This document shows, one piece after another, positions 61,765 to 64,000 of a DNA stretch of 64,000 nt. The first letter of the stretch is position 1. Each line of letters begins with the position of its first letter. The stretch comes from Acanthaster planci (lineage: Eukaryota): NCBI RefSeq assembly GCF_001949145.1, contig NW_019091356.1:1240789-1304788 (forward strand). The letters are read 5' to 3'. Under the pieces are notes generated by a model. The model did not search any database. It had not been told where the DNA came from and was given only the letters and a program-made list of their open reading frames with translations. Both the position numbers and the translations under genes were made by a program.

Positions 61765-64000
61765 TATTTGATGTCATTAAACTGCTTGGTTCCTGGCTGG
61801 TCATTTATTTTTCACCTGCCCAAGCTCGAGTACAAGACAAATATAATGTGTTAGAAGCAGGTGAAAATCACCCGACAAAGTAGACAATAAATACCACCTG
61901 TATTACATGTGCACTCGGCACTCAACTTGTCAACAGAGGTAAAAGTCAGATCTATGTGATTTGCATATAGACGAATCCAACGAGACGCCATTCCGTGGGG
62001 CCATTTACACTCGGCTGTCTCGGGTCAGCGCAACGTGTGCCTGTTAGTCAAGGAGGAATTTCATGCGTGTGCACCACCTGCGCTCAAACAGGATGGCCCC
62101 GTAGTAATGGCTTCTAATTTTGGTCGGTTGATTTGTCTTAAGCAAACAGAAGTGCAGCAAATGTATTTGGATCGGCTGTTGCGAAAAGGACTAAGTGTGT
62201 GTTGGGCCTTTCTGTTATTACTGCAGTAAAAGGTTTAAAAAAGCAAAACTGGCAGTTTTCTTGCTAATAACTTGACCACTATAGGTATCTTATACACGTG
62301 TACATGTAGTCCTATGAATTCCATAATCGCTGTGGACTTCCTTTCAAAGGGTACATGATTTGAATAGAAAATTGAAATTTGACAGCAATAACGCAAGACC
62401 ACGAGGGTCATGGACAAACTACATCAATTATTACAGGCATGCAACTTAGTCTCGGATCAGATGATTTCCTTGTTTTTCACTTCACACACCTGCCATTAAT
62501 AATTGAAAAACACCGTGCAAAGTCATGTCAAGATTGGAATTTCCTTGTGTTTTGTCCTAGTCTACAAGTTGCATGCCTGTCATTAGGGGAAAAAATTGTA
62601 CAAATTTATACTGAAGTGATGTCAACTTTGCAAAATCAAACCCCAAGTCAACAATGAAACGTCACCCGACATAAGACACTGTGTTCCCATGTGTTCTGAG
62701 ATGAAATTCTGCTATTCATGATTTTTGTTCTCGGGCTACTGTGCGGCAAAACAAAGGAAATACAAAAGTGGTTTTTACCATACAAAAAATTCTTGCCTGA
62801 TTTTAACAGTCAATTTTATAGAAGGAAATGTTGAAGTGTTAAAAATGAAATTGTTTTTTCTGTTGAACCATACACTATCATAACAAATTTTGCCAAGTTC
62901 TGAGTGGTTCCAAAAAAAACCCCAAACATTTGAAACTGCTAATTTTTTAGAGCATTGAAGTTGAATTCCACAGACCTTTGCCAATAAAATGTACCTTTCT
63001 GACCACAAGGACAGAATCAAATTGCTAGTTGGCCCGTGATATCGTGTAGTGTGCACACAGCCCAAACGAGAGCCTCATGTGGAACCAAATCATTTCAGCC
63101 ATTTTCTTGCATTCTTCACCTTTTGTTGACCTTTAGAGAGGGATCCTGGCCTGAACAAGTAGTAGGCTGGGCTCGGATCAAACAAGGTCTAGCCTTCAGA
63201 GACATCCTGTGTGAGTCTGAACAGTGTACAACCACTACCATACCGGTCATGCCAACTGGCTTCATTACAAATGTGTGTGACATGCTAGGTCAAGCTATTT
63301 GTTTTAGAAATTACAGGTCAGAAAATCTCACTATCTAAAAACTGCTTTCAGGTACAACCATCAATACAGTGAAATCAACCTGTCTATTCCAGTCCATTTA
63401 ATTAATAGTTTCACTTTTTCCGCCATGTTCATGTACATAACGACCCACTTCAATCTTTGCATCACATTGAATTTGATATAAAAATATTATACTTCTACCA
63501 AGGTGTGGATTTTGCATATTATTGTTATTAAAGTATATATTTTTAATTTTTCTAACATGGTACTGAATACATTTTAAATCTTACGGAATAACTAAAAATA
63601 CCTCCAATTTCTTTTACACACATGTATATTCTACAAGATTTCTATTGAAACCTAAGTCACAGTAAATCTTCCTTTAGAGAGCTTTGCAGCAATCATAGAA
63701 TCTTGCACTGGAAACACATTTGTAAGTAGTTGCTGACAAAAGACTTTGCCAATACCAATGATGAAATTGGTATTAAGTTCAAAACACATCCCAGGGCTTG
63801 GTACCATCTTGTTTTTCGTGAGTCTCGCCTTCCTTCAATCCAAGTCCCTATTCTCAGCATTTCCTGGTGTCTATTCCTGACTCTCCTTCCACTCCATCCA
63901 ATCTTGTACAATTTTCTTCGGCATCAAAAGAAGCATCAAATTGATTGAAAGGCTTACTCTACAGCTTCTGGTATCTCGTTATCGTTGATGATCAGGGAGT

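Noticed and set aside
63950..64000. Possible end of a convergent gene on the minus strand (…SLIINDNEIPEAVE-stop or a donor gtaagc)
   Set aside because: Too short and truncated by the window edge; no motif support.

Overview
Intron-rich, AT-rich animal genomic DNA from an invertebrate bilaterian (exact taxon not determinable). It holds three protein-coding units. (1) 64-125 (+): a probable terminal exon of an EF-hand protein entering from the left edge. (2) 9753->2889 (-): a 12-exon model (622 aa) in which a signal peptide and a complete six-cysteine C-type lectin domain (CTLD) splice in frame onto a catalytically intact alkaline phosphatase (ALP) that lacks a GPI tail. This apparent secreted lectin-phosphatase chimera is the most interesting object in the window. 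(3) 31894->56409 (+): a 13-coding-exon Gli/Cubitus interruptus transcription factor (1335 aa) with the SYGHL Sufu motif, five C2H2 fingers, DSGVEM degron, PKA cluster and C-terminal activation helix. Its full-length model needs one GC-AG intron with competing donors. Non-coding DNA carries several non-autonomous TIR elements, two 26-bp palindromic insertions with 7-bp target-site duplications (P-element-like footprints), a divergent pair of CTCF-like motifs between the ALP and Gli genes, and local tandem duplications. All exon models were derived by hand from splice signals, reading-frame phase and family motifs. No transcript data or database search was available.
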